Shown here one piece after another: positions 47,355 to 56,770 of a stretch of 64,000 nucleotides of DNA. Below the pieces are notes generated by a model that saw nothing but the letters and a program-made list of their open reading frames with translations, was not told the origin of the DNA and made no database searches. The stretch covers positions 67,796 to 131,795 of the forward strand of contig JAKQKX010000063.1 in the NCBI GenBank assembly GCA_029560465.1, read 5' to 3'. Numbering within the stretch: position 1 is the stretch's first letter; every line of letters starts with the position of its first letter. The position numbers were made by a program, and so were the translations under genes. This DNA is from Candidatus Omnitrophota bacterium. GTDB taxonomy: Bacteria; Omnitrophota; Gorgyraeia; Zapsychrales; JANLHA01.

Positions 47355-47726
47355 TTGGGACGGGATGATTTTGGGTTTCCGGGACGCGGGGGCATAAGGG
47401 TGAGTGGGAAATTTTCAAAAGGCCTCACGGATTTTGAGTGGGCGGTTTTAAAAGCGACACTGGAAATCCCATTGGGGGAGACCCGGTCGTACAAATGGGT
47501 CGCGGAGAGAATCGGCCGGCCGCAGGCGGCGCGGGCGGTGGGGCAGGCTTTACGAAAGAATCCGTACCCGATTATTATTCCCTGCCACCGGGTTATCAAG
47601 GCCAACGGGGATCCGGGCGGTTACGGCGGCAAACAAGACCCGCGGAAAGCGCGTCTGCTAGCGCAAGAAAGGGATATCGCCGCGAGGATACGGCTCCTCG
47701 GGGCAAGGGGAGGGGGTGGCGCCTGA
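47355..47726 (+). CDS. ogt: methylated-DNA--protein-cysteine methyltransferase (Ogt/MGMT) DNA-binding/active-site domain
   Basis: The PCHRV active-site motif and the upstream RSYKWVAERIGRPQAARAVGQALRKNP helix are present. Confidence 0.8.
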   Translation: MGRDDFGFPGRGGIRVSGKFSKGLTDFEWAVLKATLEIPLGETRSYKWVAERIGRPQAARAVGQALRKNPYPIIIPCHRVIKANGDPGGYGGKQDPRKARLLAQERDIAARIRLLGARGGGGA

Positions 47727-47853
47727 AGGGCGGGATGAAAGAACGTTTAATTGTTCCCAGGGCGCTTGTCCGGATGTACAATAGGAACATATAATATTTT
47801 TTGGGATGGAAAGAATCCGTTTGGGGGATCATTAAAAAGAAAGAGGTTAGCTC

Positions 47854-48933
47854 ATGGATATTAAACAACTGTTCAGGATCATGATTGACAAAAAGGCATC
47901 GGATTTATTCGTGAGCGCGAAATCCCTGCCGCGGGCCAGAATCAACGGGGTCGTTAAGATTATTTCTGAAGAGATGATCAGCGAGGAGCAAATGGACCAG
48001 ATCGCCGCGACGGTGTTGAATAATGAAGAGCGGAAAAAGTTGTTCCATTTTAACAAAGATATTGATTTTATCTATAACGAACCGGAGGTGGGGCGGTTCC
48101 GCATTAACCTTTCCATCGAGCGGGGGCACCCGGCGGTGGTGGCCCGCCATATTAAGACGAGCGTGGAGTCTTTTGAATACCTCAAACTGCCGGTTGACCT
48201 GCTGAAGACGTTTTGCGAGGAATCTTCTGGGCTGGTGATCCTTTCGGGCCCGGCGGGCAGCGGAAAGTCCACGACCATCGCCAGCATGATCGATTATATC
48301 AACAATAACAGCGAGAAGCATATCGTAACGATCGAGGACCCCATCGAGTTTATTTTCGCGGATAAAAAGAGCATGATTAACCAGCGTGAACTCGGAACGG
48401 ACGTCCATTCCTACCCGGCGGCCCTGAAACACGTCACGCAGCAGAGCGCGGATATTATTTATATCGGCACGATACGCGACGTCGACACCATGCGCGCGGC
48501 CATCACCGCAACCGAGCTGGGGAGTTTTGTCCTGACCACCTTTCACACGGTCAACGCGGTCCAGGCCATCACCCGCATCGTCAATTTTTTCCCCCCGTAC
48601 CTGCACGAAGAATTGCGCATGCAGTTGGCCATTATTTTAAAAGGCGTGATCTCCCTGCGGCTGATCCCCTTAAAAGACGGGTCGGGCCGGGTGCCGGCGT
48701 ACGAAACCATGGTCGTCACCCCGACCATCTCCCGCCTGATCCGGGAAGGGAAGATTAATGAAATTCAGAAATTTATCGATGAAGGCGAATTATACGGGAT
48801 GCAGTCGTTTAAGAAATCCCTCGTGCACCTGGTTAAAGAGGAATATGTTGACGAAGAGGACGCCCGCCGTTTCGCCGACAGCAAAGACGAATTTAACCTG
48901 GAGCTGAAGGGGTTGAAACGGTACCATAAATAA
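47854..48933 (+). CDS. pilT: type IV pilus retraction ATPase PilT/PilU family
   Basis: Walker A (GPAGSGKSTT), the IVTIEDPIEF Asp box and the His box (FHTVNAVQA) are present; the product is 359 aa. Confidence 0.85.
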   Translation: MDIKQLFRIMIDKKASDLFVSAKSLPRARINGVVKIISEEMISEEQMDQIAATVLNNEERKKLFHFNKDIDFIYNEPEVGRFRINLSIERGHPAVVARHIKTSVESFEYLKLPVDLLKTFCEESSGLVILSGPAGSGKSTTIASMIDYINNNSEKHIVTIEDPIEFIFADKKSMINQRELGTDVHSYPAALKHVTQQSADIIYIGTIRDVDTMRAAITATELGSFVLTTFHTVNAVQAITRIVNFFPPYLHEELRMQLAIILKGVISLRLIPLKDGSGRVPAYETMVVTPTISRLIREGKINEIQKFIDEGELYGMQSFKKSLVHLVKEEYVDEEDARRFADSKDEFNLELKGLKRYHK

Positions 48934-49384
48934 AACGGCAGGCCATGATTATCAGGCATCTGGCAACCCATCCGGGGCTTTGATGTTGCGCGTTTGCCAG
49001 TAAGCGACACGTTGAATTTTAAAACTTTTCTTCCCACAGGCAGGGACTCCTCCCAGGCCTTCTTGAAATCTTTTGCTATACGCGACAGCCGCATTGTCCA
49101 CAAGAGAAATCCGCTATCAGAGCACATCCAACATCTTTGAACGCAAGCAGGATTGGTTCGCCTGGCCAGGAAATTTTTCAATTATACATTTATTGAGAAT
49201 TTTAATCGTGTTATAGTACGCAGAGTATTTGCTTGTTATTATTGAACTTACCTAAAGGGGCCCTTTTCCGTTTGGGTCATGGCTTGGGTGGCTACCCCAT
49301 GAAGTTTTGCATGAGAAAGGATTCAAGAGAAATGGAACGATGGTCGCGCCCTGGCGGGATACGGCAAAGGGTGCAGGAGGTGTT

Positions 49385-49894
49385 ATGATTCGAAGAAGTT
49401 GTGGTGTCGTGTTCGTTTTGTTTTTCTTGACCGCTATAATAATGACACGCGCATACGCCATCCAAGCTGATGATTTGAAGGTGGCGTTTTTATACAATTT
49501 TGCTAAATATGTTGAATGGCCTGTCAATACCCCCGAGGGGACGATAAGTATATGCACGTATGGTTCGCCTCCCGGCGCTTTGAAAACCATTGAGCAAAAG
49601 AATGTTAAAGGCAAAACGGTCCAAACAAAATATTTAAGCGATGCCGGGGCGGCGACGAGTTGTCAGATCGTGTTTGTCAGATCAGGCCCCCAAGCCGCCA
49701 GGATTCTTGCTGCGGTGAAGGGGGCGAGTGTTTTAACCGTTGGGGAAGAGGAAGGGTTCCTTGATAACGGAGGAATTATTAATTTTAAGCTAACGGGGGA
49801 AAAAATCGGGTTTGATATTAACGCGACTTTGGCGCGTGCTAACGGATTAACGATCAGTTCGCAACTTCTTAAATTGGCGGATGAGGTCAGATAA
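49385..49894 (+). CDS. DUF4154/YfiR-like periplasmic protein
   Basis: The internal ATG at 49385 has an AGGAGG RBS. A signal peptide is followed by DLKVAFLYNFAKYVEWP and a C-terminal GFDINATLARANGLTISSQLLKLA, as in YfiR-family repressors. Confidence 0.6.
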   Translation: MIRRSCGVVFVLFFLTAIIMTRAYAIQADDLKVAFLYNFAKYVEWPVNTPEGTISICTYGSPPGALKTIEQKNVKGKTVQTKYLSDAGAATSCQIVFVRSGPQAARILAAVKGASVLTVGEEEGFLDNGGIINFKLTGEKIGFDINATLARANGLTISSQLLKLADEVR

Positions 49895-51311
49895 AATGAA
49901 ATTTTTCCGGGATATTTCAATCAAATACATGATCGCCATCATTATTACGCTCACGTGTGAATCCGTGTTATTTATCGCCTGTTTGGCATATGTTATAAAT
50001 GATGTTAAAAGTTTCCGTCAGGAAATACCCAAAAATATCGGGACATTGGCGCAAGTGTTGGGCCAAAACAGTGTTTCAGCCATCATGTTTAAAGACGCGG
50101 ATAGCGCTAAAGATGTTCTGAACGCCCTGAGCACCAATTCCCACATAATTTCGGCAGCCATATATGTTGGGGATGGAAATCTCTTCGCGACCTACGTTAG
50201 AGATAATGCCCGTGTTGTTTTTCCAGAAAACATTTTAGAGAATGATTATGTTTTTGCCGAAAACACCTTGAATTTTTTCCAGGAAATTGTTTCCGATGAT
50301 GAAAAGGTGGGCACAATTTTTATCCAAACCGACCTTTTGGAAATGAGCACGCGCCTAAAAAAATTTATTGTTATTTCATTGTTAATTATGTTTTTGTTAT
50401 TACTGTTGTCTTTGGCCATGGGAATTTATATGGGGGGGAAGATTTTATATGTCATTGAGCACCTCATTCAGCTGTTTACAAGAATCGGTGAAGGCAATTT
50501 AACGCAACGCGTATCTTTTGAGTCGCGCAACGAAATCGGTAAATTAGCCCAATTTTTTAATACTTTTATCGGTAATATTGAAACAATGGTGAGTCAGGTC
50601 AAACAATGCGCGGAGAAGGTATCAACGGCGGCAAAGGCTTTTAAAGGAAACTCCAAAGGCATTTTAGAGGGTACCGAACAGCAATCCGCGGGGTTTGAAG
50701 AATTGTCGGCTTCCGTGCAGGATACGGCGGCAGATGCTAACAGGGTTAATGAAATTACGCAAGAAACGGCAAGGAGTGCTGAAGTCATGAAGGGAAGCAT
50801 GTCCGTTACCATTGAAGCCATGGATAGTATCGAGAAAAGTTCAACCCAGATTAAAGAGGCGGTTTTTATCATAACCAATATAGCGGATCAGATAAACCTG
50901 TTGGCTCTTAATGCGGCTATTGAAGCGGCACGAGCCGGTGAGCATGGCAGAGGCTTTGCCGTTGTCGCTGACGAAGTTCGGAAACTTGCCGAGCAAAGCT
51001 CATCTTCCGCCAATGATATTGATAAGATGGTGAATGGCAGCTCGCAACAAGTAGCCCATGGTGTTCAATTGGCCCAGAAATTGGGAGAAGAGCTTAATAA
51101 AATAGTAGCCAATATGAATCAAGTTGCCAATCATGTCGCCGGCATTTCTACAAAAGTTCAATCCCAGGCAGCGACGATGGAACAAAACACTTCTATAACG
51201 GACGCTAACGCTACCAACGCGAAAGAATTGCAAGAAGTTGCTGTGAAAGTGTTTGAATATGCCGATACTTTGCATACCTTAATTGCAAAATTTATCGTTG
51301 GGAATCATTAA
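49881..51311 (+). CDS. methyl-accepting chemotaxis protein (TM plus ~170-aa periplasmic sensor plus TM plus HAMP plus MCP signalling domain)
   Basis: The start overlaps the upstream stop by 14 nt. The signalling-domain core reads [34 protein letters not shown]. Confidence 0.85.
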   Translation: MRSDKMKFFRDISIKYMIAIIITLTCESVLFIACLAYVINDVKSFRQEIPKNIGTLAQVLGQNSVSAIMFKDADSAKDVLNALSTNSHIISAAIYVGDGNLFATYVRDNARVVFPENILENDYVFAENTLNFFQEIVSDDEKVGTIFIQTDLLEMSTRLKKFIVISLLIMFLLLLLSLAMGIYMGGKILYVIEHLIQLFTRIGEGNLTQRVSFESRNEIGKLAQFFNTFIGNIETMVSQVKQCAEKVSTAAKAFKGNSKGILEGTEQQSAGFEELSASVQDTAADANRVNEITQETARSAEVMKGSMSVTIEAMDSIEKSSTQIKEAVFIITNIADQINLLALNAAIEAARAGEHGRGFAVVADEVRKLAEQSSSSANDIDKMVNGSSQQVAHGVQLAQKLGEELNKIVANMNQVANHVAGISTKVQSQAATMEQNTSITDANATNAKELQEVAVKVFEYADTLHTLIAKFIVGNH

Positions 51312-51368
51312 TGTCCCCGGTTATTGAACTTGGGGTGTCATGCCTAAATTTTAAAATAGGGCGGACCG

Positions 51369-52199
51369 GTGGATAAGAAAAAAATCCTTATTATTGATGA
51401 TGAACAAACCCAGAGGGTCCTGTTATCCAGGATATTTGAAGGGGCCGGCCATGCCGTGATGCAGGCGGAAGACGGGCAAAAAGGTCTTCAGATGACCCGG
51501 GATATTAAGCCTGATCTTATTGTCACCGATGTCCTTATGCCCAAGATGGACGGCTTTACCTTTTTCAAGGAGCTCAAAACCAGCGACCTCACAGCCCATA
51601 TTCCTGTCCTGATTATAACGGGAAGGGCGAAAATGGAGGAGACGTTTAAAGTCATGGGGGCCGATGACTTTATCCTTAAACCCGTCCAGGCCGAAGACTT
51701 GGTGGCAAAGGTGGATCGGTTGCTGGGCTGCTCCAAGACGGCAGATGCGCCCCCGCGGGGCCGCAAAAGAGTCTTGGTTGCGGGAGAGGACGGTGAAACG
51801 GCCCGGAACATCGCGTTGCTTTTGGATCGGGAAGGTTGTCACACGGATATGGTCACCTTGGACGCCCAGGTTATCTCACGGGCGCTTATGTTCCTTCCGG
51901 ATATCATTGTGATTGATATTTTGATGGAAGGGTTGCCGTCTTACACCATTATTAAGGTTTTGCGCCAGATGTCCGAATTTGAAAATATCCCCATGATCGG
52001 GTACTGTTTTTACAGATTACCCGGCCTTCAAAGCGAAGGGGGGCAACAAAAGGCCCTGAATGAGGATGCCGCGGCAGAGGCGTGCCGGAAAGCGGGGCTC
52101 ACTGACTATTTGGGGCGGTGGCATGAAAGCACTTTTATCAAGAGTATCGTTCAATATTTAGAAGGGCCTCCTGGTGACGAAACTGACGTTGATTTTTAA
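51369..52199 (+). CDS. response regulator with one canonical and one degenerate receiver domain (CheY-like)
   Basis: REC1 has KILIIDDE...DLIVTDVLMPKMDG...K. The second REC-like domain (KRVLVAGED...DIIVIDILMEG) lacks some acidic-pocket residues. Confidence 0.7.
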   Translation: MDKKKILIIDDEQTQRVLLSRIFEGAGHAVMQAEDGQKGLQMTRDIKPDLIVTDVLMPKMDGFTFFKELKTSDLTAHIPVLIITGRAKMEETFKVMGADDFILKPVQAEDLVAKVDRLLGCSKTADAPPRGRKRVLVAGEDGETARNIALLLDREGCHTDMVTLDAQVISRALMFLPDIIVIDILMEGLPSYTIIKVLRQMSEFENIPMIGYCFYRLPGLQSEGGQQKALNEDAAAEACRKAGLTDYLGRWHESTFIKSIVQYLEGPPGDETDVDF

Positions 52200-52458
52200 A
52201 ATAGAAGACGAGCAGGAGCGCAGAAAAGCCTTGCTGGAATACGCCAAGACGTTAAAAGTTAATTTTCTTCACGCGCAAAGAACAGGGGGCGAATACAGCG
52301 AGAATGAACTGGCTGTCTTTATATACAATGCTGAACGGGCTTTGAAAAAATTTTCGGCTTTTGAGGTCAATTTTTTTGTGGCCGCCTTTGCTGTGTTGGT
52401 GTCCCTGGTGGCAATGATATTTTTTCTTGTTGGCCTTTTCATGCCTAAGGTGCCGTAA
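52174..52458 (+). CDS. hypothetical 94-aa protein with a C-terminal TM helix
   Basis: The ORF overlaps the upstream stop. I see no recognisable motif, so this is only weakly supported. Confidence 0.25.
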   Translation: MTKLTLIFKIEDEQERRKALLEYAKTLKVNFLHAQRTGGEYSENELAVFIYNAERALKKFSAFEVNFFVAAFAVLVSLVAMIFFLVGLFMPKVP

Positions 52459-52524
52459 AAAATGATCTGTTTCCTCTCGCCTGCCCTTGGGTCGGAGGGT
52501 GCGTTTCTTTCCGTATTTCTTTCG

Positions 52525-52552
52525 TTGTTTTTCGGACGTGTTATGTTATAAT
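52525..52552 (+). promoter_or_regulatory. sigma70-like promoter (TTGTTT-16-TATAAT) upstream of prfB
   Basis: -35 is at 52525..52530 and -10 at 52547..52552, which is 40 nt before the ATG at 52592. Confidence 0.4.
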
Positions 52553-52591
52553 ATCCTCCAATCCTTAACTCTAAATATTATAAATATTTAT

Positions 52592-53692
52592 ATGTCTAAT
52601 AATACTATCATACAGCTTAAAATGCTCAGGGAAAAAGTCTGCCAGCTGACAGGTTTTCTGGACCTTTCCAAAAAACAGGAAGAAATAGTGGCGATTCAAC
52701 AAAAAATGTCTCAGCCGAATTTTTGGGATGATAATGAGGCCGCTAATAAAATTATGCAGAATCTGAAATTCCTGAAATCCTGCGTTGAACCTTTTGAGGA
52801 GATTACCGGTAAGTTGAATGATTTAGGAGAGTTGGCCGAGTTGTCGGAAGGGGAAGAGTCATCCCTACAGGAAATCGAACAAGACCTGGCGGGACTGCAG
52901 AAGGATATTGCGGATTTAGAAACCAAGTCCCTTCTGTCCGGTCCGTTCGACCGCAATAACGCGATCCTCAGTATTAACGCCGGGGCCGGCGGGACTGAGT
53001 CGTGTGACTGGTCCAATATGCTTTTGAGGATGTATATGCGCTGGGTTGAAAATATGAGGTACAAATTGTCCACCACGGACATCCTTCCGGGGGAAGAAGC
53101 CGGCATCAAGAATGTGACCCTGCGCATTGAGGGCCCGATGGCGTACGGGTACCTTAAAGGGGAAAAAGGGGTTCACCGGCTGGTCCGGATATCGCCGTTT
53201 GACGCCAATAAACGGCGGCACACGTCTTTTGCGTCTGTTGACGTGATCCCTGAAATCGAGGATGATATTGAGGTGGAGATCAACCTCGATGACCTGAGGA
53301 TTGATATTTTCCGTTCATCCGGGCCGGGCGGGCAGAGCGTTAACACGACCGACTCGGCGGTGCGGATCACCCATGCTCCTTCCGGAATCGTCGTCCAGTG
53401 CCAGAACGAGCGTTCTCAGTTGCAGAATAAGCAGATGGCGATGCGTATCCTCAAGGCCAGGCTGTATGAAAAAAAACAGAAAGAACAGGAAGATCGGATG
53501 GCCAAGGAATACGGCCAGAAACAAAAAATCGAATGGGGCAGCCAGATCCGTTCTTATGTCATGCATCCGTATAATATGGTGAAAGACCACCGGACCGACG
53601 CGGAAACCGGGAACGTGTCCCGGGTTATGGACGGCGACTTGAGTTTGTTTATTGACGCGTTCTTGCGCTGGAAGCCGGAAAGCGCGGTCTGA
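52592..53692 (+). CDS. prfB: peptide chain release factor 2, encoded in a single frame (no programmed +1 frameshift site)
   Basis: The SPF tripeptide (RISPFDANKRRHTSF) and the GGQ motif are present. The N-terminal region GFLDLSKKQEE is continuous where frameshifting genes carry CTT TGA C. Confidence 0.9.
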   Translation: MSNNTIIQLKMLREKVCQLTGFLDLSKKQEEIVAIQQKMSQPNFWDDNEAANKIMQNLKFLKSCVEPFEEITGKLNDLGELAELSEGEESSLQEIEQDLAGLQKDIADLETKSLLSGPFDRNNAILSINAGAGGTESCDWSNMLLRMYMRWVENMRYKLSTTDILPGEEAGIKNVTLRIEGPMAYGYLKGEKGVHRLVRISPFDANKRRHTSFASVDVIPEIEDDIEVEINLDDLRIDIFRSSGPGGQSVNTTDSAVRITHAPSGIVVQCQNERSQLQNKQMAMRILKARLYEKKQKEQEDRMAKEYGQKQKIEWGSQIRSYVMHPYNMVKDHRTDAETGNVSRVMDGDLSLFIDAFLRWKPESAV

Positions 53693-53766
53693 AGGCGTGG
53701 GGGTACAGGGCCGTTTGATGAAGAATTTTTGATAAAACAAATAACGTTGAGGAGGCAGCGGTTCTC

Positions 53767-56751
53767 ATGTTCGGATTTTTTATAGGAAAATTTATCGTGC
53801 GGCGCGCGCAAGCGGCGATCAACGCGCTGGAACCGAAAGTTCATATTTATCTGCCGCCGGATCTTCCTTTGCCATCGATAGCCACCATCAAGAGGATGAG
53901 TAAGGCCGTTTCCAGGATCAACGCGCTGGAGCCGCAGTTTGAAAAATACACGGACGGGGAGCTGAAAGCCAAGACAGAGGAATTTCGTGCCCGGTACCGG
54001 CAGGCGACGGAGGCCCCCAAGAAAGATTTTCTTCAGATTGAACAAAGCCTCCGGGAAGCCGCGTCGAATGAAGAGCGGGACGACCTGAATATCCGGCTGG
54101 CCGCATTTAAGGAAGAATTGAAGAAGGCCCGGCAGGCGGCGTTGACGGATATTTTGCCGGAAGCGTTCGCGGCGGTCCGGGAGGCGGCCAAACGCACGCT
54201 GGGCATGCGGCATTACGATATCCAGCTTTTGGGTGGGATGGTTTTGCATGAAGGGCGGATCGCCGAAATGGCGACCGGAGAAGGGAAGACGCTGGTGGCC
54301 ACGCTGCCGGCGTATTTGAATGGCTTGACCGGGGAAGGGGTGCATGTGGTGACGGTCAATGATTATCTCGCCCGCCGCGACCGGGAATGGATGGGCCCGG
54401 TTTATGAATTCCTTGGCTTGAGCGTCGGTGTGATTCTGCATGAGCTTAACGCGAACGAGCGTCAGGACGCGTATGCCTGTGATATCACCTACGGGACGAA
54501 TAATGAGTTCGGGTTTGATTATTTGCGGGATAACATGGTGATTGCCAGGGAAGAAATGGTGCAGGCCCAGCATTATTTTGCCATTGTCGACGAAGTCGAC
54601 AGTATTCTTGTGGATGAGGCGCGCACGCCGCTGATCATTTCCGGGCCGGCCGAAGAATCAACGGATAAATATTACACGGCGAATACCATCGCGCAATCCT
54701 TGAAAGGGCGGCGAATCACGGAACAGGAAGAGATCGACGCCAAGTACCGGAACATCGACTTGTCGGCGGGATATGACTATGTCGCGGATGAAAAAAACCG
54801 GTCTATTTCCATGACAGAACAGGGGGAGGAAAAGGCGGCCAGGATGTTCGGCATTGACAACCTCCATGATATGGAAACAATCGAATACCGGCATCATATC
54901 CTGCAGAGCCTGAAGGCCAAAGAATTTTTTAAGCGCGACGTGGATTACGTCGTCCGCGATGGGGAAGTCCTGATCGTGGATGAGTTCACCGGGCGTCTCA
55001 TGCCGGGGCGGCGGTGGTCGGACGGCCTGCACCAGGCGGTTGAGGCCAAGGAAGGCATCAAGATCGAACGGGAAAATCAGACTTTGGCGACCATCACATT
55101 CCAAAATTATTTTCGCATGTATGAAAAACTTTCCGGAATGACCGGGACCGCTTACACCGAAGCCAACGAGTTCAGCCAGATTTATAAGCTGGATTGCGTG
55201 GTTATGCCGACGAACCGGCCGTTAAAGCGCGAGAACTATTCGGACTGCGTCTACAAGAGCGTCCGGGAGAAATTCGACGCCGTGGTGGAAGAAATTGCCG
55301 GCTGTTATCAAAAAGGCCAGCCGGTTCTTGTGGGTACGATTTCCATCGAGAAATCCGAATACCTGTCCGCTTTGCTGAAGCAGCGCGGCATTCCACACCA
55401 GGTGTTGAACGCGAAATACCATGAGTTGGAAGCGCAGATCGTTGCCCAGGCCGGCCGTTATCAGGCCGTGACGATCGCCACCAATATGGCTGGGCGGGGG
55501 ACGGATATTGTCTTGGGCGGCAACGCAGAATTCCTGGCGAGGAGCTTAGCTGAACAGGAAGTCCAAGAGGGCGAGGAGGAAAGCGAGAAAGAAATCCGTG
55601 TTAAAAAATTTTTGGCGCAGTTCCGGGAGCAGGTGAAAAATGAGCACCAGCGGGTGATTGATGTCGGGGGGCTGCATGTGATCGGAACTGAGCGGCACGA
55701 AGCCCGGCGTATCGATAACCAGTTGCGCGGCCGGTCCGGCCGTCAGGGCGACCCGGGGGCCTCGCGTTTTTTTGTTTCCCTGGAGGATGACCTCATGCGG
55801 CTTTTTGCTTCCGACCGGATCGTGTCCCTTATGGAGAAGCTGGGGATGGAGGAGGGGCAGGTCATTGAGCATCCCTGGGTGACGCGGGCGATTGAAGTGG
55901 CGCAAAAGCGGGTGGAAACTCAGAATTTTGAATTCCGCAAACAGCTTCTGGAATATGACAATGTGATGAACAAGCAACGGGAAGCTATCTACGGTTTGCG
56001 CCGGAGCATCCTGGAAAGCACCAATGTCAGAGACCGGGTGATGGAAGCGATAGAAGATGTCCTGTCTTCCCTCGTGGATCAATGTCTTTTTAACGGCCAG
56101 GATGAAGCGTCCTGGGACCTGGACGGCCTTCAGGTGTCCTTGCATTCAAAATTCCATTATGATTTGTCCCAGGTTCGGGGCCAGCTGGCGGACATGAAAC
56201 CCGAAGAGATCAAAGACCTGATTATCCGCGGCGTCAAAGAACTTTATCAGCAGAAGGAGCGCGAGATCGGGGTCGAAAATATGCGCGGTCTTGAGAAAGT
56301 GGTGCTCCTCAATACCCTGGACGCGAAATGGAAAGATCATTTGTACGCCATGGATCAGCTTAAAGGCGGCGTGGGCTTGCGTTCGTACGGGCAAAGGGAC
56401 CCGCTGATTGAATATAAGAGAGAAGGCTATGAAATGTTTCAGATGATGTTCGCTTCCATCAGCGATGAGGTGGCGGAGATTATTTTTAAAGTGCAGCCCC
56501 TGCCGGGGTCGGCGCGTATGCGTGGCGTGTTTGACTCCCTTCCGCAGAATTTTGTGCACGATGAGGTTTCGAGTTTTTCCGGGGATACCGCCCCGCAGCC
56601 CGGCGCCCAGGAACCGCCTCAACCGCAACGGCCGCAGAATCCGCCCCCGCCGGCTTCCCAGCCGTATCATAAAAGCGGGCCCAAGGTTGGGCGGAACGAC
56701 CCCTGCCCCTGCGGGAGCGGCAAGAAGTATAAGAAATGCTGCGGTTCATAG
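53767..56751 (+). CDS. secA: preprotein translocase ATPase SecA
   Basis: DEAD-like motor motifs and the C-terminal zinc finger [14 protein letters not shown] are present; the product is 994 aa. Confidence 0.95.
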   Translation: MFGFFIGKFIVRRAQAAINALEPKVHIYLPPDLPLPSIATIKRMSKAVSRINALEPQFEKYTDGELKAKTEEFRARYRQATEAPKKDFLQIEQSLREAASNEERDDLNIRLAAFKEELKKARQAALTDILPEAFAAVREAAKRTLGMRHYDIQLLGGMVLHEGRIAEMATGEGKTLVATLPAYLNGLTGEGVHVVTVNDYLARRDREWMGPVYEFLGLSVGVILHELNANERQDAYACDITYGTNNEFGFDYLRDNMVIAREEMVQAQHYFAIVDEVDSILVDEARTPLIISGPAEESTDKYYTANTIAQSLKGRRITEQEEIDAKYRNIDLSAGYDYVADEKNRSISMTEQGEEKAARMFGIDNLHDMETIEYRHHILQSLKAKEFFKRDVDYVVRDGEVLIVDEFTGRLMPGRRWSDGLHQAVEAKEGIKIERENQTLATITFQNYFRMYEKLSGMTGTAYTEANEFSQIYKLDCVVMPTNRPLKRENYSDCVYKSVREKFDAVVEEIAGCYQKGQPVLVGTISIEKSEYLSALLKQRGIPHQVLNAKYHELEAQIVAQAGRYQAVTIATNMAGRGTDIVLGGNAEFLARSLAEQEVQEGEEESEKEIRVKKFLAQFREQVKNEHQRVIDVGGLHVIGTERHEARRIDNQLRGRSGRQGDPGASRFFVSLEDDLMRLFASDRIVSLMEKLGMEEGQVIEHPWVTRAIEVAQKRVETQNFEFRKQLLEYDNVMNKQREAIYGLRRSILESTNVRDRVMEAIEDVLSSLVDQCLFNGQDEASWDLDGLQVSLHSKFHYDLSQVRGQLADMKPEEIKDLIIRGVKELYQQKEREIGVENMRGLEKVVLLNTLDAKWKDHLYAMDQLKGGVGLRSYGQRDPLIEYKREGYEMFQMMFASISDEVAEIIFKVQPLPGSARMRGVFDSLPQNFVHDEVSSFSGDTAPQPGAQEPPQPQRPQNPPPPASQPYHKSGPKVGRNDPCPCGSGKKYKKCCGS

Positions 56752-56770
56752 CTGGCAAAAGGTGAATGAT

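Noticed and set aside
47438-47794. A 118-aa ORF overlapping the ogt gene in another frame.
   Set aside because: The ogt frame carries the PCHRV active site and conserved helix, while the alternate frame is Gly/Arg-rich low-complexity sequence.
52592-52700. The programmed +1 frameshift site of prfB.
   Set aside because: The region reads GGT TTT CTG GAC CTT TCC in one continuous frame. There is no CTT TGA C context and no internal SD, so this prfB is encoded in a single frame.
53554-56670. Long minus-strand ORFs of 339, 199 and 174 aa inside secA.
   Set aside because: They lie antisense to a highly conserved gene. Their products are low-complexity and Arg/Pro-rich with no RBS. They are typical shadow ORFs.
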